From: Phycisphaerae bacterium | GTDB lineage: Bacteria > Planctomycetota > Phycisphaerae > UBA1845 | Assembly: GCA_963675765.1 (NCBI GenBank) | Contig: OY776568.1 | Location: 635,213-699,212, forward strand | DNA length: 64,000 nt | Direction: 5' to 3' | Shown: positions 29,124 through 39,206 of the stretch, piece after piece | How the letters are laid out: every line of letters starts with the position of its first letter | How positions within the stretch are numbered: position 1 is the stretch's first letter | The notes under the pieces: model-generated | The model's input: the letters and a program-made list of their open reading frames with translations, nothing else | Told to the model about the DNA's origin: nothing | Databases searched by the model: none | Translations under genes and position numbers: made by a program

Positions 29124-31196
29124 TCAGGACCGCCACAGACCCCTCAGAAGATCATCGACCCTGTCGACGCAGCCGATAACCGCCTCCCCCTCCCCAAAAT
29201 CATCCTTCCCACTGCTTCGATGCTCAAAGAAACTCTGCACTGGCTTGGTTAGATAGCGGCTAAGCTGAGCATATGTATGTCCATCGCCTCGCGCATGCTT
29301 GGTATGGTAATAGCGCAGCGGAAAATAGAGATAGAGCCGATCCTTCGCCCGAGTCATTGCAACGTATAGCAAACGACGCTCCTCATCGATACCCTCCTGA
29401 TCCGCCACTGCCATGTCAGAGGGAATCATGCCGTCGGCAACATGAAGGATGTGAACAACATCCCATTCACAACCCTTGGCCGAGTGAATCGTGCTCAAAA
29501 TCAGGTAATCCTCATCCAAATGTGGCGGCTGAGCGAAATCAGCGGTGGACGCAGGAGGATCCAACGTTAGGTCACTGAGGAACCGCTCCCGTGAACTGTA
29601 GCTGGCAGCAATCTGCTCCATCTGCTCAAGATCACGAATCCGTACGCTCGCGTTCTCATACCGCAACTCAAAAAACGGTTCGTAGAATTGACGAATTCGT
29701 TCGACTTGAGCGGCCAACGCCCCCCGCTTCGTTTGCCCAGAATCCCGCTCCGATGCCACCGCACATTCCGAAAGAGCTTGAGTCAACTTAACGAACGCGT
29801 CGCGAGCCGCAGCTGGCATGTTCGGCGGTTTGCTCGACAACGCCGCAAACAAGGTTTGCCGGCAATCGACAGCCGTAGCCACAAACACAGACTTTATGGC
29901 CTCCACGACCCGCCTGGCAGTCTGCGGCCCAACGCCCTCGAACATCAGTAAAATCCTAAACCAACTCAACTGGTCTGCAGGATTCTCCAACACACGCAGG
30001 AAGGCTAACATGTCCTTAATATGTGCGGACTCCACGAACTTCAAGCCGCCGTACTTGCGAAACGGTATATTCCGCCGTGCTAGTTCGACTTCGAGTTGGT
30101 CACTATGATGCCCCGCTCGAAACAGAACCGCTTGCTTCATCAAGGGAATACCCTGCTCCAAATGCTCCAGAATAGATTTACATACACAAGCGCACTGGTC
30201 AGGTTCGTCTCGACAGTGAATGAGATACGGCTTCTCACCAGCCTTGCGAACACTCCATAGCTCCTTGGCAAACCTCTGCGAAGCGTTGCCCATTACCGCG
30301 TTGGAAGCGTCCAGAATCGCCTGAACCGACCGGTAATTCTGCTCCAGCCTGATTATCGTCGTACCCGAGAAGTCATCGGGAAAACCAATGATGTTCCGCA
30401 CTGTCGCAGCTCGAAAAGAGTAGATGGCCTGCGCATCATCACCTACAACCGTAATGCTCCCGTTGTCTCTGCGAAGATTCCGCAGGATGTCCGCCTGCAT
30501 CGTGTTCGTATCCTGATACTCGTCAACCAGAATATGCTCGAATCTGTCGGCAACGCTCCTTCCCAATTCATTCGAATCCGTCAAAACCTTCCAGTAAAGT
30601 AGTAGGTCATCATAATCGAGCAGATTCAGGTCCCGCTTCCTCCCGGTGTACACTTCGAATATTCGCCTTATCCCCTCAGCCTCCTTAGCACACCAGGGAA
30701 AACGCTTATCAAGAACATCGCCCAGCCTCTCTTGCGCAGCCACGGAGCGAGAGTAAATGGCCAGCAACGTCTCCTTCCGCGGAAAGCGACGCTGCCCCTT
30801 AGCAACTCCCAGATCTGCCCTGATCATGTTCATTAGGTCCGCGGCGTCAGATTGATCGAGTATTGTAAACTGCTGTCCGATTCCCAGCGCTTCCCCGTAA
30901 ACGCGCAGCAACCGATTGGCAACAGCGTGAAAAGTCCCCGCCCAAACTCGCCCTGTATGCCGAGCACCCGTCAAATCAGCAGCTCGCTTGACCATTTCTG
31001 CCGCAGCCCGACGTGTGAAGGTCAGCAGCAACACGCGATCTGGAGATACTCCCTGGTCGATCAAGTACGCCACCCGGGCAGCAAGAGTAGTGGTTTTGCC
31101 TGTTCCGGCACCGGCGATCACCAACAGCGGACCACCGACATGCGTTGCCGCCGACCGCTGCTGCTCGTTAAGAGTCTCCAGCCAAGGCTTGCTCAT
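29124..31196 (-). CDS. UvrD/PcrA-family ATP-dependent DNA helicase
   Basis: Walker A VIAGAGTGKTTTL ... LVDEYQDTN ... VGDDAQAIYSFRAA ... TIHSAKG. Confidence 0.85.
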   Translation of the reverse strand: MSKPWLETLNEQQRSAATHVGGPLLVIAGAGTGKTTTLAARVAYLIDQGVSPDRVLLLTFTRRAAAEMVKRAADLTGARHTGRVWAGTFHAVANRLLRVYGEALGIGQQFTILDQSDAADLMNMIRADLGVAKGQRRFPRKETLLAIYSRSVAAQERLGDVLDKRFPWCAKEAEGIRRIFEVYTGRKRDLNLLDYDDLLLYWKVLTDSNELGRSVADRFEHILVDEYQDTNTMQADILRNLRRDNGSITVVGDDAQAIYSFRAATVRNIIGFPDDFSGTTIIRLEQNYRSVQAILDASNAVMGNASQRFAKELWSVRKAGEKPYLIHCRDEPDQCACVCKSILEHLEQGIPLMKQAVLFRAGHHSDQLEVELARRNIPFRKYGGLKFVESAHIKDMLAFLRVLENPADQLSWFRILLMFEGVGPQTARRVVEAIKSVFVATAVDCRQTLFAALSSKPPNMPAAARDAFVKLTQALSECAVASERDSGQTKRGALAAQVERIRQFYEPFFELRYENASVRIRDLEQMEQIAASYSSRERFLSDLTLDPPASTADFAQPPHLDEDYLILSTIHSAKGCEWDVVHILHVADGMIPSDMAVADQEGIDEERRLLYVAMTRAKDRLYLYFPLRYYHTKHARGDGHTYAQLSRYLTKPVQSFFEHRSSGKDDFGEGEAVIGCVDRVDDLLRGLWRS

Positions 31197-31333
31197 AGAA
31201 ACGCGTCTGTAAAAACCTCAATACACAAATAAACAATGCAGGCACGAACGAAGCAATCCGCCCGTGCCCGCATCATACAGCTTAAATCGGCAGCCAGCCA
31301 CCTGACTCTAACGAAAACCTATCAAATACCTTC

Positions 31334-32668
31334 CTACTTCCCCTTCTGATCACTCCTCCCATCCTTGTTCACAATACTCCCGGCCACACTCTGCGAAAGA
31401 CTCCGCAAGTCCACGCCAAGAATACTCTCAATGGTCGCCAAAGACTCAGACAACATGCGTGCCTTGCCCATTGCCGCCCCTGTAATCGCGCTACCCTCAG
31501 GACCATCTATCACCGTCACGTCGCCAAGCTTGACGTCCGCGATCGTCTTAGTCATCTCCCGGACAACAGTCGGCATCATCTCCACCAACATCACCTTGAG
31601 AGCATCAGGATGAGACTGAATGGCAGTGCCTATTTGCTCAACAGCTAAAGCGCGCGCACGACCACGCTCCGCGATCAACGCCGCAGCTCCCTCCGCCCGC
31701 GCCTTCGCCACATCTCTTGCCGCATTGGCTTGAGTAACATCAGTGGCATTCAAACGCTCCTCCTCAGCCTCAGCTGCAGCACGGTTACGCTCCGCCTCTT
31801 TCAAAGAGGCTTCCCTTGCCAACTCCGCCTTGCGAATCCGCAGATCATTGTCCGCCTCGGCAATTGACTTATCCGCTGAGATCCTTGCTTGCTCGGCCGT
31901 TCGCCTTGAATTCGCTTCGGCAGTCTTGGCCTCCGCCTCTCTCTCAGCACGTGCCTGCCTCGCCTGCGAATCGGCCTCAGCCTCCTTGATATCCGCCTCG
32001 GCCTTGCGCTGCGCCTCATACTGCCGTGCCGCTGCCCGAACCTCAGCCGATGCCTTACGGGCGATAGACTCCAGATACTGCTCCTCATCATGCACATTCT
32101 GAATATTAACACTGTCAATGATAAGGCCCAGCTTGCCAAAATCATCATTGACCTCGTTCATCACTGTGGCCACGAACTTGTCCCGGTCCTCAACGATCTC
32201 CTGAGGCGTCATCTTGCCGATTACCGCTCGCAGACCACCTTCGAGCGTCTCCCGGGCCACTCGCTCCATCTCTACCTGCGGCTGGTCCAAGAACCGCTCG
32301 ATTGCGTTGCCCAGCAAGTCCGGGTCCGACGACACCTTCACATTCGCCACACCTGTAACGAAAATAGGTATCATCGTACCACCACCAGCCTGAGCCTTAA
32401 CCTCGAGGGCCACCTGCATGTTGCGCAAACTCAAACGAGCGACCTTCTCCAGAATCGGAATAACCAGAGTCCTCCCACCTATCAGAGTCCTGTAGCCGCG
32501 ACCTTCACGAGTTCTCTTGCCACTGACAACCAGCAACTCACTGGGATTGCCCACAACCATGATCTTCGCAATGAAGACGGCAAAGGCTATGAAAACGAAA
32601 AACGCACCCATGCCCAGCAGAATCCATACACCAGCATCGCCCTGCATACCTGCGGCAATCAAGTTCAT
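31334..32668 (-). CDS. Flotillin-like SPFH/band-7 protein with long Ala/Glu-rich coiled coil
   Basis: N-terminal TM, then an SPFH core (LRNMQVALEVKAQ ...), then an extended AEAKARAEREAE coiled coil. Confidence 0.8.
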   Translation of the reverse strand: MNLIAAGMQGDAGVWILLGMGAFFVFIAFAVFIAKIMVVGNPSELLVVSGKRTREGRGYRTLIGGRTLVIPILEKVARLSLRNMQVALEVKAQAGGGTMIPIFVTGVANVKVSSDPDLLGNAIERFLDQPQVEMERVARETLEGGLRAVIGKMTPQEIVEDRDKFVATVMNEVNDDFGKLGLIIDSVNIQNVHDEEQYLESIARKASAEVRAAARQYEAQRKAEADIKEAEADSQARQARAEREAEAKTAEANSRRTAEQARISADKSIAEADNDLRIRKAELAREASLKEAERNRAAAEAEEERLNATDVTQANAARDVAKARAEGAAALIAERGRARALAVEQIGTAIQSHPDALKVMLVEMMPTVVREMTKTIADVKLGDVTVIDGPEGSAITGAAMGKARMLSESLATIESILGVDLRSLSQSVAGSIVNKDGRSDQKGK

Positions 32669-32689
32669 GACATTCTCCTCTTATCCATG

Positions 32690-33379
32690 CTAACTCTCGT
32701 TAGTAAACTCATACTCTTCGCGAGACACAACGACGGCCGTCCCGTTCGAAAAACCAACCACCACAACCTGTTCCCCGACTGAAAAGGAGTCGTCCCTGCG
32801 ACTACAGACAGCCGGCAGATACCGCTGCGTACCCCGTACGCTGGCAACAACCTCTCCGCGCGATGGAGGACTAATGGCCACTGTCACTCGCCCCTGCACA
32901 TTAACGCAGTCCTCGCGTCTGATTGCGCTGTTTCCACTGCTGGCACGCAGATAACGCAATGCTTGATGCACTCCCTGCCCCGCAATAAGTCCCATCGCCA
33001 CCGATACGACCAACACCCCGCCCGGCTCCACGCTCGACAAGTAAGTTAGCAGCGTGCCCGCACAGCCGAACATCGCCGCAAAGTAGATAAGAAAGCTAAA
33101 CGAGAACCAATTAGAAATCGCCAATGGCCCACTTTCCGAATGACTTTCTACAGATGTACTCTCACTCAAACCTTCACCACTCAACTCGCTGTCTACATCA
33201 ACGTCCAGATCAAAGCCCCCATCAACACTGCCGTCAAACTCAAGCCCGTCGTGGTCACCACCGAAAACCGTGGAAACCACTAGAAGCCCCCCCCCCACTA
33301 CCAGACAGACGATATAGGCAGGAACCATCGAAACCATGGCCAATATATCCAAGTCTGTCTGCAAGAAGATTGTGCTCAT
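32690..33379 (-). CDS. NfeD-like membrane protein (flotillin partner)
   Basis: N-terminal TM segments and a C-terminal OB-fold block VNVQGRVTVAISPPSRGEVV...GEQVVVVGFSNGTAVVV. It lies immediately downstream of the flotillin gene. Confidence 0.7.
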   Translation of the reverse strand: MSTIFLQTDLDILAMVSMVPAYIVCLVVGGGLLVVSTVFGGDHDGLEFDGSVDGGFDLDVDVDSELSGEGLSESTSVESHSESGPLAISNWFSFSFLIYFAAMFGCAGTLLTYLSSVEPGGVLVVSVAMGLIAGQGVHQALRYLRASSGNSAIRREDCVNVQGRVTVAISPPSRGEVVASVRGTQRYLPAVCSRRDDSFSVGEQVVVVGFSNGTAVVVSREEYEFTNES

Positions 33380-33552
33380 GCCCTGCTCCTTCTTCTCTGT
33401 CGTCAGCTTCGACCTCTGACCGATACTTGCACGATTGACCTCATAAATACTAACACAGAGCCGATTTCCGCGACATTCCAACTATGACCAACTTTCATAA
33501 TCGCCGGCCCCCTGAACGATAACCCCATTACAAACTCGGCCAGTGATTGTAA

Positions 33553-35277
33553 TCAGCCTCCCGATTGCCTCTCCTGACGATTCTCTGCCTCCTTCAGAAA
33601 CTGCTCCGCGAAGTAACGTGCGGATAGTGGTTCACCAGTCACCTTCTCAGTCAACTCTCGCCACGGCCAACTGGCTCCGGGCGAAAACAGACGCTTCTTG
33701 AGAAAATCACCAACATCCCGCCGACCGTAAAACGACTCCTGGCTGACATCAACTCCCCTGACCACATCGCGCACCAAACACGCATGCAACTGAGCCGCAA
33801 ACAGATCCCCCAGCATGTAGCCGTGATAGTAGACAGGCCAAAGTAGAATATGAACCTTGGCCGCATATCCTGGAATACTCGTATCATCAGGAGGTGTTAA
33901 ACACTGATAACGTCTCTTCAACTCCCACCACAGCTTGCTCAAGTCTTGCTCGGGTGCGCTGTACATCTGCTGCTCGAAGCGAACCATGACCTGAGCCCAT
34001 CGACTGAACACCACCTTCTCCACACGCAGAGCCTCGTGCGCCGCTCGCGCAGTTGCAGCAGCCTGCTCCCTCGAAAGCCTCAAACCGTCTCTCAGCCAAT
34101 CCTCATTCTTAACCATCGCTCCCATCATGAGAGCTACGCCTTCTGTAGTCGTGCTGTGAGCCGCTTTCCGTAGAAGGTATGGAAGCCCTTCATCTATGTA
34201 TTGATCGTATACGGCATGACCCAACTCATGAAAAAGCGTATCCGCCCAATATAGGTCGGACCGCATATTGCACAAAACCCGAACGTCACCTTCTCGGTCA
34301 ATATCGGTACAGAACGCGTGAGGACTCTTGCCCGGACGCTCGTGAAGATCACTTCGAGCGAGAATCTTGTCGCACGGAAGTCCCATGCTCTCATAGTACT
34401 CCTCGCTCAGCTTGATCAGATCTACATTGACAAAAATACTATCAAGATCCACCGTCCGTGCATTCGGCGCGTTTTGAAAGAAGATATCCCCGTAGTGCCA
34501 TGGACGCAGCCCGTCAATCTCCACGCCAAAACGAGCTGCCATCTGCCGGTCAACCTCACTCTTAATCCGCCTGTATTCATCTTCCGTAAGGGCGTTGAGC
34601 TGATCGAAAAGCTCGAACAACTCGTCAGTGTTCAGCTCATCGCAGAATAGCATCATATCATAGTAGTTGGCAAAACCAGATTGTGCCGCAATCTGATTCC
34701 GAAGACCTACCAGCTGCCGTAATTGGCTCTCCACCTTCTCTCCTACCGACACGTACGCCATCCACGCATCCTTCACCGATGACGTTGACGATTCGTAGCG
34801 AAGAATAGCGCGTATTTCGTTCTCCGACAACGACCTCTTCCCAATCACACCCCGATGAGTATTGAACGTTCGCTCTACCTCGTTCTCCAACTCCACAATC
34901 CGCTTGTGCAAACTCGAATCCCCCTGCCTTGCCAAAAACGAGCGATACATTATCTCCAGCTCCCTCGCCTGCAGCGAATCCTCAAGCTTCGCCCCTGAAC
35001 GAATCGCCTTGAGCCGCTCAAAGACAACTCTGTCACCGTGCAGTTTCGCCAACGCCAACTCGGCTTCCTGCTTACGCTTGAAGTCTGCCTCACTGCCACT
35101 CAAACTGGCCGCCCATGCCGCCAGCTTGGCCTCCTTTTGCAGCGGCTTCAACTGTCGCACATACTCCTGTCGGATCTTCCCAAACTCATCAGCCGAATCG
35201 GCGACTCCCACCTTCGCCGAAAACGCAGTCACCAAGGACAAACACAAACTGGCAAACCTGAATCTCATTTCAATCAC
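33553..35277 (-). CDS. Secreted zinc peptidase, M2 (angiotensin-converting-enzyme-like peptidyl-dipeptidase) family
   Basis: Signal peptide. HELGHAVYDQY (HExxH) followed by TTTEGVALMMG, matching the ACE pattern HEMGH...HEAIGD. The track start is GTG at 35277. Alternative ATG at 35268. Confidence 0.55.
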   Translation of the reverse strand: MIEMRFRFASLCLSLVTAFSAKVGVADSADEFGKIRQEYVRQLKPLQKEAKLAAWAASLSGSEADFKRKQEAELALAKLHGDRVVFERLKAIRSGAKLEDSLQARELEIMYRSFLARQGDSSLHKRIVELENEVERTFNTHRGVIGKRSLSENEIRAILRYESSTSSVKDAWMAYVSVGEKVESQLRQLVGLRNQIAAQSGFANYYDMMLFCDELNTDELFELFDQLNALTEDEYRRIKSEVDRQMAARFGVEIDGLRPWHYGDIFFQNAPNARTVDLDSIFVNVDLIKLSEEYYESMGLPCDKILARSDLHERPGKSPHAFCTDIDREGDVRVLCNMRSDLYWADTLFHELGHAVYDQYIDEGLPYLLRKAAHSTTTEGVALMMGAMVKNEDWLRDGLRLSREQAAATARAAHEALRVEKVVFSRWAQVMVRFEQQMYSAPEQDLSKLWWELKRRYQCLTPPDDTSIPGYAAKVHILLWPVYYHGYMLGDLFAAQLHACLVRDVVRGVDVSQESFYGRRDVGDFLKKRLFSPGASWPWRELTEKVTGEPLSARYFAEQFLKEAENRQERQSGG

Positions 35278-35442
35278 CTATTCCCAAAGAACCTTTCCAA
35301 CAGGTCCGAGCGTTCAATCTTGGCTGCTTAGCTAGCCTCCTATATGCCACGGAACACGCGGCAAAGGCTTCCCACGCTCCATCGCGCTCGCTAGAATGCA
35401 CCTCGAACAATACAACACACCCATAGCCCGAGGAAGCTTCAG

Positions 35443-37152
35443 ATGACCGAAGCGCCAAGAACATTGTACATCATCCTCGCTAGAGGAGGCAGCAAGAGAC
35501 TTCCCGGCAAGAACCTGCTCGAAGTCGGAGCTGTTCCACTCGTGGGCCGCTCCGTTCGCAAATGTCTGCATGCTTCTCGAATACTAGGCACCCCTTCGCG
35601 TATCACCGTGAGTACCGACTCTCACGAAATAGCTGAAACTGCAAGAGAGTGGGGTGCCGAAATCCCCTTCATCCGCCCCAAAAGCCTGGCTGCTGATGAA
35701 ACGACAAGCGTTGAAGCAATGCGACACACTCTAGAACACTACAGCGACTCTGGAGAACACTTCTCCGAAATCGTACTCGTCCCCCCAACTTCACCGCTGT
35801 CTACCGGCGCTGACATCGTGCGAGCAATCACAACTTTTCGCAAATCGCCGCAACGATCTGTTGTGTCGGTAAGACCCACTTCAGGAGAAGACTGCCCTTT
35901 CTTGTATGGCCTCGAAGAAGGTGTAATCGTCAACGCCGATGACGTCACCGACGAGCTCAAAGTTGAACTCAACGGTGCAGTCTACGTCTGCTCGCCGAAC
36001 TGGCTGGCGGAACACGACTCACTCTGTGTCCCTAAACTCAGCATCGGATCGCTCATGCCTGCTGAGCGCAGCGTCGACGTTGACACCCTCAACGATCTCA
36101 ACCACGCCCAAACCCTCTGGCGCGAGAACGTCCCCTGGACAAATGACAAATGCCTGATCATCGCAGAGGCTGGTGTCAACCACAACGGGAGCGTCGCGCG
36201 TGCCATCCACATGATCGACGCCGCCGTCGATGCAAGAGCTGACGCCATCAAGTTTCAAACTTTCTCCGCAGAACGGCTGGCAACTCGTCACGCTGCCAAG
36301 GCCGACTACCAGAAAGAAGGTTTGCCTGACGAGGAAACTCAACTGGACATGCTCAAGCGACTTGAGTTATCCCCAGCAGACCACGAGATGCTTTCTGATT
36401 ATTGCCTGAAGCGGGGAATAACGTTTCTCTCTTCAGCTTTCTCGTCCGAAGATGTCGATCTACTAGTGGAACTCAACGTACCGGCCATCAAGCTCGGCAG
36501 CGCAGAAGTAACCAACCATCCACTGTTAAGGCACGCCGGATCCACCCTGTGTCCCCTCATCCTCTCCACCGGCGGTTCCACCATGCAGGAAGTTGCTGAC
36601 GCCGTTAGCGTATTGACCGACGCTGGCTGCAGGGAGTTGGCCCTGTTACATTGCGTAAGCAGCTATCCCGCAGCACCGTATGAAGTAAACCTAAAGGCCA
36701 TGCAATCTTTGCAGCATCGATTCAACAGACCTATTGGTTTCAGCGACCACACCCTGGGCATAGAAGCCGCCTGCGCTGCCGTTGCTCTGGGCGCCTGCAT
36801 AATAGAGAAACATTTCACGCTCGACCGTACGTTGCCAGGCCCAGACCACGCTGCCTCACTCGAACCCTCCGAACTGGCGCGCATGATCCACGCTATCCGC
36901 AACGTCGAAGCTGCTCTGGGAAGCGCAACAAAGGGTCCCACGCCGGCGGAAGAAGACGTGAGGCAGGCAGCGAGAAGAAGCGTTGTCGCCGCGCGTGATC
37001 TCCCCGAAAGCACAATACTTTCCGACGAGTGCTTGGCCTGCAAACGACCAGGAACCGGAATCGCACCGACACATATGCATCAGCTCCTTGGCAAAAAGAC
37101 TACGCGTGAACTGAAGGCGGATGAGCAGATCACTTGGAACGACATTGACTGA
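35443..37152 (+). CDS. Bifunctional CMP-N-acylneuraminate cytidylyltransferase (N-terminal, NeuA-like) and N-acetylneuraminate synthase (C-terminal, NeuB-like with SAF domain)
   Basis: N-terminal LYIILARGGSKRLPGKNLL (CTP_transf_3). C-terminal IIAEAGVNHNGSVARAIHMIDAAVDARADAIKFQTF ... GFSDHTLG ... SAF-like tail. Confidence 0.8.
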   Translation: MTEAPRTLYIILARGGSKRLPGKNLLEVGAVPLVGRSVRKCLHASRILGTPSRITVSTDSHEIAETAREWGAEIPFIRPKSLAADETTSVEAMRHTLEHYSDSGEHFSEIVLVPPTSPLSTGADIVRAITTFRKSPQRSVVSVRPTSGEDCPFLYGLEEGVIVNADDVTDELKVELNGAVYVCSPNWLAEHDSLCVPKLSIGSLMPAERSVDVDTLNDLNHAQTLWRENVPWTNDKCLIIAEAGVNHNGSVARAIHMIDAAVDARADAIKFQTFSAERLATRHAAKADYQKEGLPDEETQLDMLKRLELSPADHEMLSDYCLKRGITFLSSAFSSEDVDLLVELNVPAIKLGSAEVTNHPLLRHAGSTLCPLILSTGGSTMQEVADAVSVLTDAGCRELALLHCVSSYPAAPYEVNLKAMQSLQHRFNRPIGFSDHTLGIEAACAAVALGACIIEKHFTLDRTLPGPDHAASLEPSELARMIHAIRNVEAALGSATKGPTPAEEDVRQAARRSVVAARDLPESTILSDECLACKRPGTGIAPTHMHQLLGKKTTRELKADEQITWNDID

Positions 37153-37165
37153 TGGGAACACCCCG

Positions 37166-38326
37166 GTGAAATCAATAGGACTCGTAACAACCGCAAGGAG
37201 TGAATGGGGCGTGCAAAGGACGATTGCCGCCGCCATCCAAGCCCACCCAAAACTCAAATTGCACATTATCGCCACCGGAATGCATCTCTCGCCACGCTTC
37301 GGCCGGACAGTGAATGACATAACCAGAGATGGATTTCATGTGGCACATTGCCTCGATTCTCTCGCTCCAGGCGATGGGCCCGACAGCATAGGTTTTTCCA
37401 TTGGAGAAGGCACCAAGCTGTTCGCTCAACTCTTCAACAAATGGCAACCGGACATTCTCACCCTACTAGGAGATCGCTTCGACATGCTCCCCGCCGCTCT
37501 CGCGGCAGTCCCCTTCGCTATCCCCACGGCTCACATCCACGGGGGAGAAGTGACTTCAGGAGCCATCGACGACTGCTTCAGGCATGCCATTACTAAGATG
37601 GCTCACATCCACTTCGCAGCCACCGAGCCCTACGCAGCTCGCATACACCAGTTGGGTGAACCAAAGGAGAACATACATGTCGTCGGCGCACCAGCTATCG
37701 ACGACTTCGCAGCCCTCCAGCCAATCACTGACGATGAATTGATTGCCAAATCCGGCTTTAAACCCGGCGAAGTCAACCTCCTCGTCGTCTACCACCCGGA
37801 GACCCTAGCCTTTGAAAACGTCCGTAGCGATTGCCGTGAATTACTCGACGCTCTGGAAAAACTACAAGCAAACATCACCTTCATCCGGCCCAATGCCGAC
37901 ACCGGAAACACCGCCATTCACGAAAAGATCGACGGCTTCTGCAATAGACAAGATGACGCCCGCGCCGTAACTAGCATGTCGCGCACCGACTACCTGCAGG
38001 CGCTCCGGCACTCCTCTGCTCTGATTGGCAATAGCTCAAGCGGAATCATCGAAGCCCCAAGCTTCAAGATCCCTGCCGTAAATATCGGCAATCGCCAAGC
38101 CGGACGAGTGCGCGCCGCTAATGTCATCGACTGCGCCAAAAGTAGTTCGGCCATCGCCTCCGCCATTGCCAAAGCACTATCACCTGAATTCAGAGAATCT
38201 CTACTGGATATCAAAAACCCTTACGGCAACGGAGGCACCGGCGCCCGAATCGCTGACATCCTTGCGCACACTACCATCGATCGCGCCATCGTCTGCAAAC
38301 GCTTCGTTGATTTGCCACAACCATGA
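37166..38326 (+). CDS. neuC: UDP-N-acetylglucosamine 2-epimerase (hydrolysing), NeuC-like
   Basis: IGLVTTARSEWG ... LGDRFDMLPAALAA ... HIHGGEVTSGAIDD ... HFAATEPY. Probable GTG start at 37166, since the track start overlaps the upstream gene. Confidence 0.75.
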   Translation: MKSIGLVTTARSEWGVQRTIAAAIQAHPKLKLHIIATGMHLSPRFGRTVNDITRDGFHVAHCLDSLAPGDGPDSIGFSIGEGTKLFAQLFNKWQPDILTLLGDRFDMLPAALAAVPFAIPTAHIHGGEVTSGAIDDCFRHAITKMAHIHFAATEPYAARIHQLGEPKENIHVVGAPAIDDFAALQPITDDELIAKSGFKPGEVNLLVVYHPETLAFENVRSDCRELLDALEKLQANITFIRPNADTGNTAIHEKIDGFCNRQDDARAVTSMSRTDYLQALRHSSALIGNSSSGIIEAPSFKIPAVNIGNRQAGRVRAANVIDCAKSSSAIASAIAKALSPEFRESLLDIKNPYGNGGTGARIADILAHTTIDRAIVCKRFVDLPQP

Positions 38327-38348
38327 ACACATTGACACGGACGCGCCG

Positions 38349-39167
38349 ATGAGACCACAATACGTTGACTGCCACATCCACTTGCAGGACGCCCGTATTG
38401 GCAAACAACTGAACGCACTCCTCGATCGCGGTCGCAAGGCGGGCGTTACCAGATTCGTCTGCAACGGTACAAACGAGAACGATTGGCCCGATGTGCTGAA
38501 ACTCGCTCACGATCATCATGATGTAATACCATGCTTCGGTTTGCATCCCTGGCACGCCACGTCACGAACAGAGGAATGGTTGACACTGCTTGAACACTAC
38601 CTGCGGAAGATTCCGTCTGCCGTTGGGGAAATCGGATTGGACCACTGGATCGAACCTCGAAGCAACGACGACCAGCAGGAGGTTTTCCTCGCCCAAATGG
38701 CTCTCGCTCGCAAACTCAACCGACCGGTTGCCATCCACTGCCTGCGAGCCTGGGATTCACTTATGGAGATTCTGAGGAACGAACCACCCGTTCCACGCGG
38801 ATTCCACCTGCATGCTTTTGGCGGCCCCGACCATCTTCTCAGCGAACTGATATCAATGGGAGCCTTCTTCTCCTTTCCTGGCACCATCCTCAACCCCGAC
38901 AGGTCAAAGCAACGGCGATCCGTCGCCTTCGTCCCTGCCGACCGACTACTCAGCGAAACAGACGCACCCGATATGTCGGGCCCGACCAAACTCCTTGGAC
39001 AGGGACTTCTCGACGATAGCCGAAAGAGAATAAGCGAACCAGCCGACCTGCCGCTCATTGTCAACGAGTTAGCCAACCTACAGGCGAACAGACACAAGTC
39101 GGATCAGAGGGCCCTCACAGAGAGAATCTACGCCAATGCCCGCGACTTCTACGGCTCTATATGGTAA
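38349..39167 (+). CDS. TatD-like metal-dependent hydrolase (second paralogue)
   Basis: VDCHIHLQD ... FVCNGTNEND ... GEIGLDHW ... VAIHCLRAWD ... HLHAFGG. Confidence 0.7.
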   Translation: MRPQYVDCHIHLQDARIGKQLNALLDRGRKAGVTRFVCNGTNENDWPDVLKLAHDHHDVIPCFGLHPWHATSRTEEWLTLLEHYLRKIPSAVGEIGLDHWIEPRSNDDQQEVFLAQMALARKLNRPVAIHCLRAWDSLMEILRNEPPVPRGFHLHAFGGPDHLLSELISMGAFFSFPGTILNPDRSKQRRSVAFVPADRLLSETDAPDMSGPTKLLGQGLLDDSRKRISEPADLPLIVNELANLQANRHKSDQRALTERIYANARDFYGSIW

Positions 39168-39206
39168 ACATCATTCCCGCCGTCAGTCATTCTGTTCAGG
39201 TGAGTC

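Noticed and set aside
31743-32148. Overlapping antisense ORFs inside the flotillin Ala/Glu repeat region.
   Set aside because: They are an artefact of the GC-rich periodic coiled-coil coding repeat.
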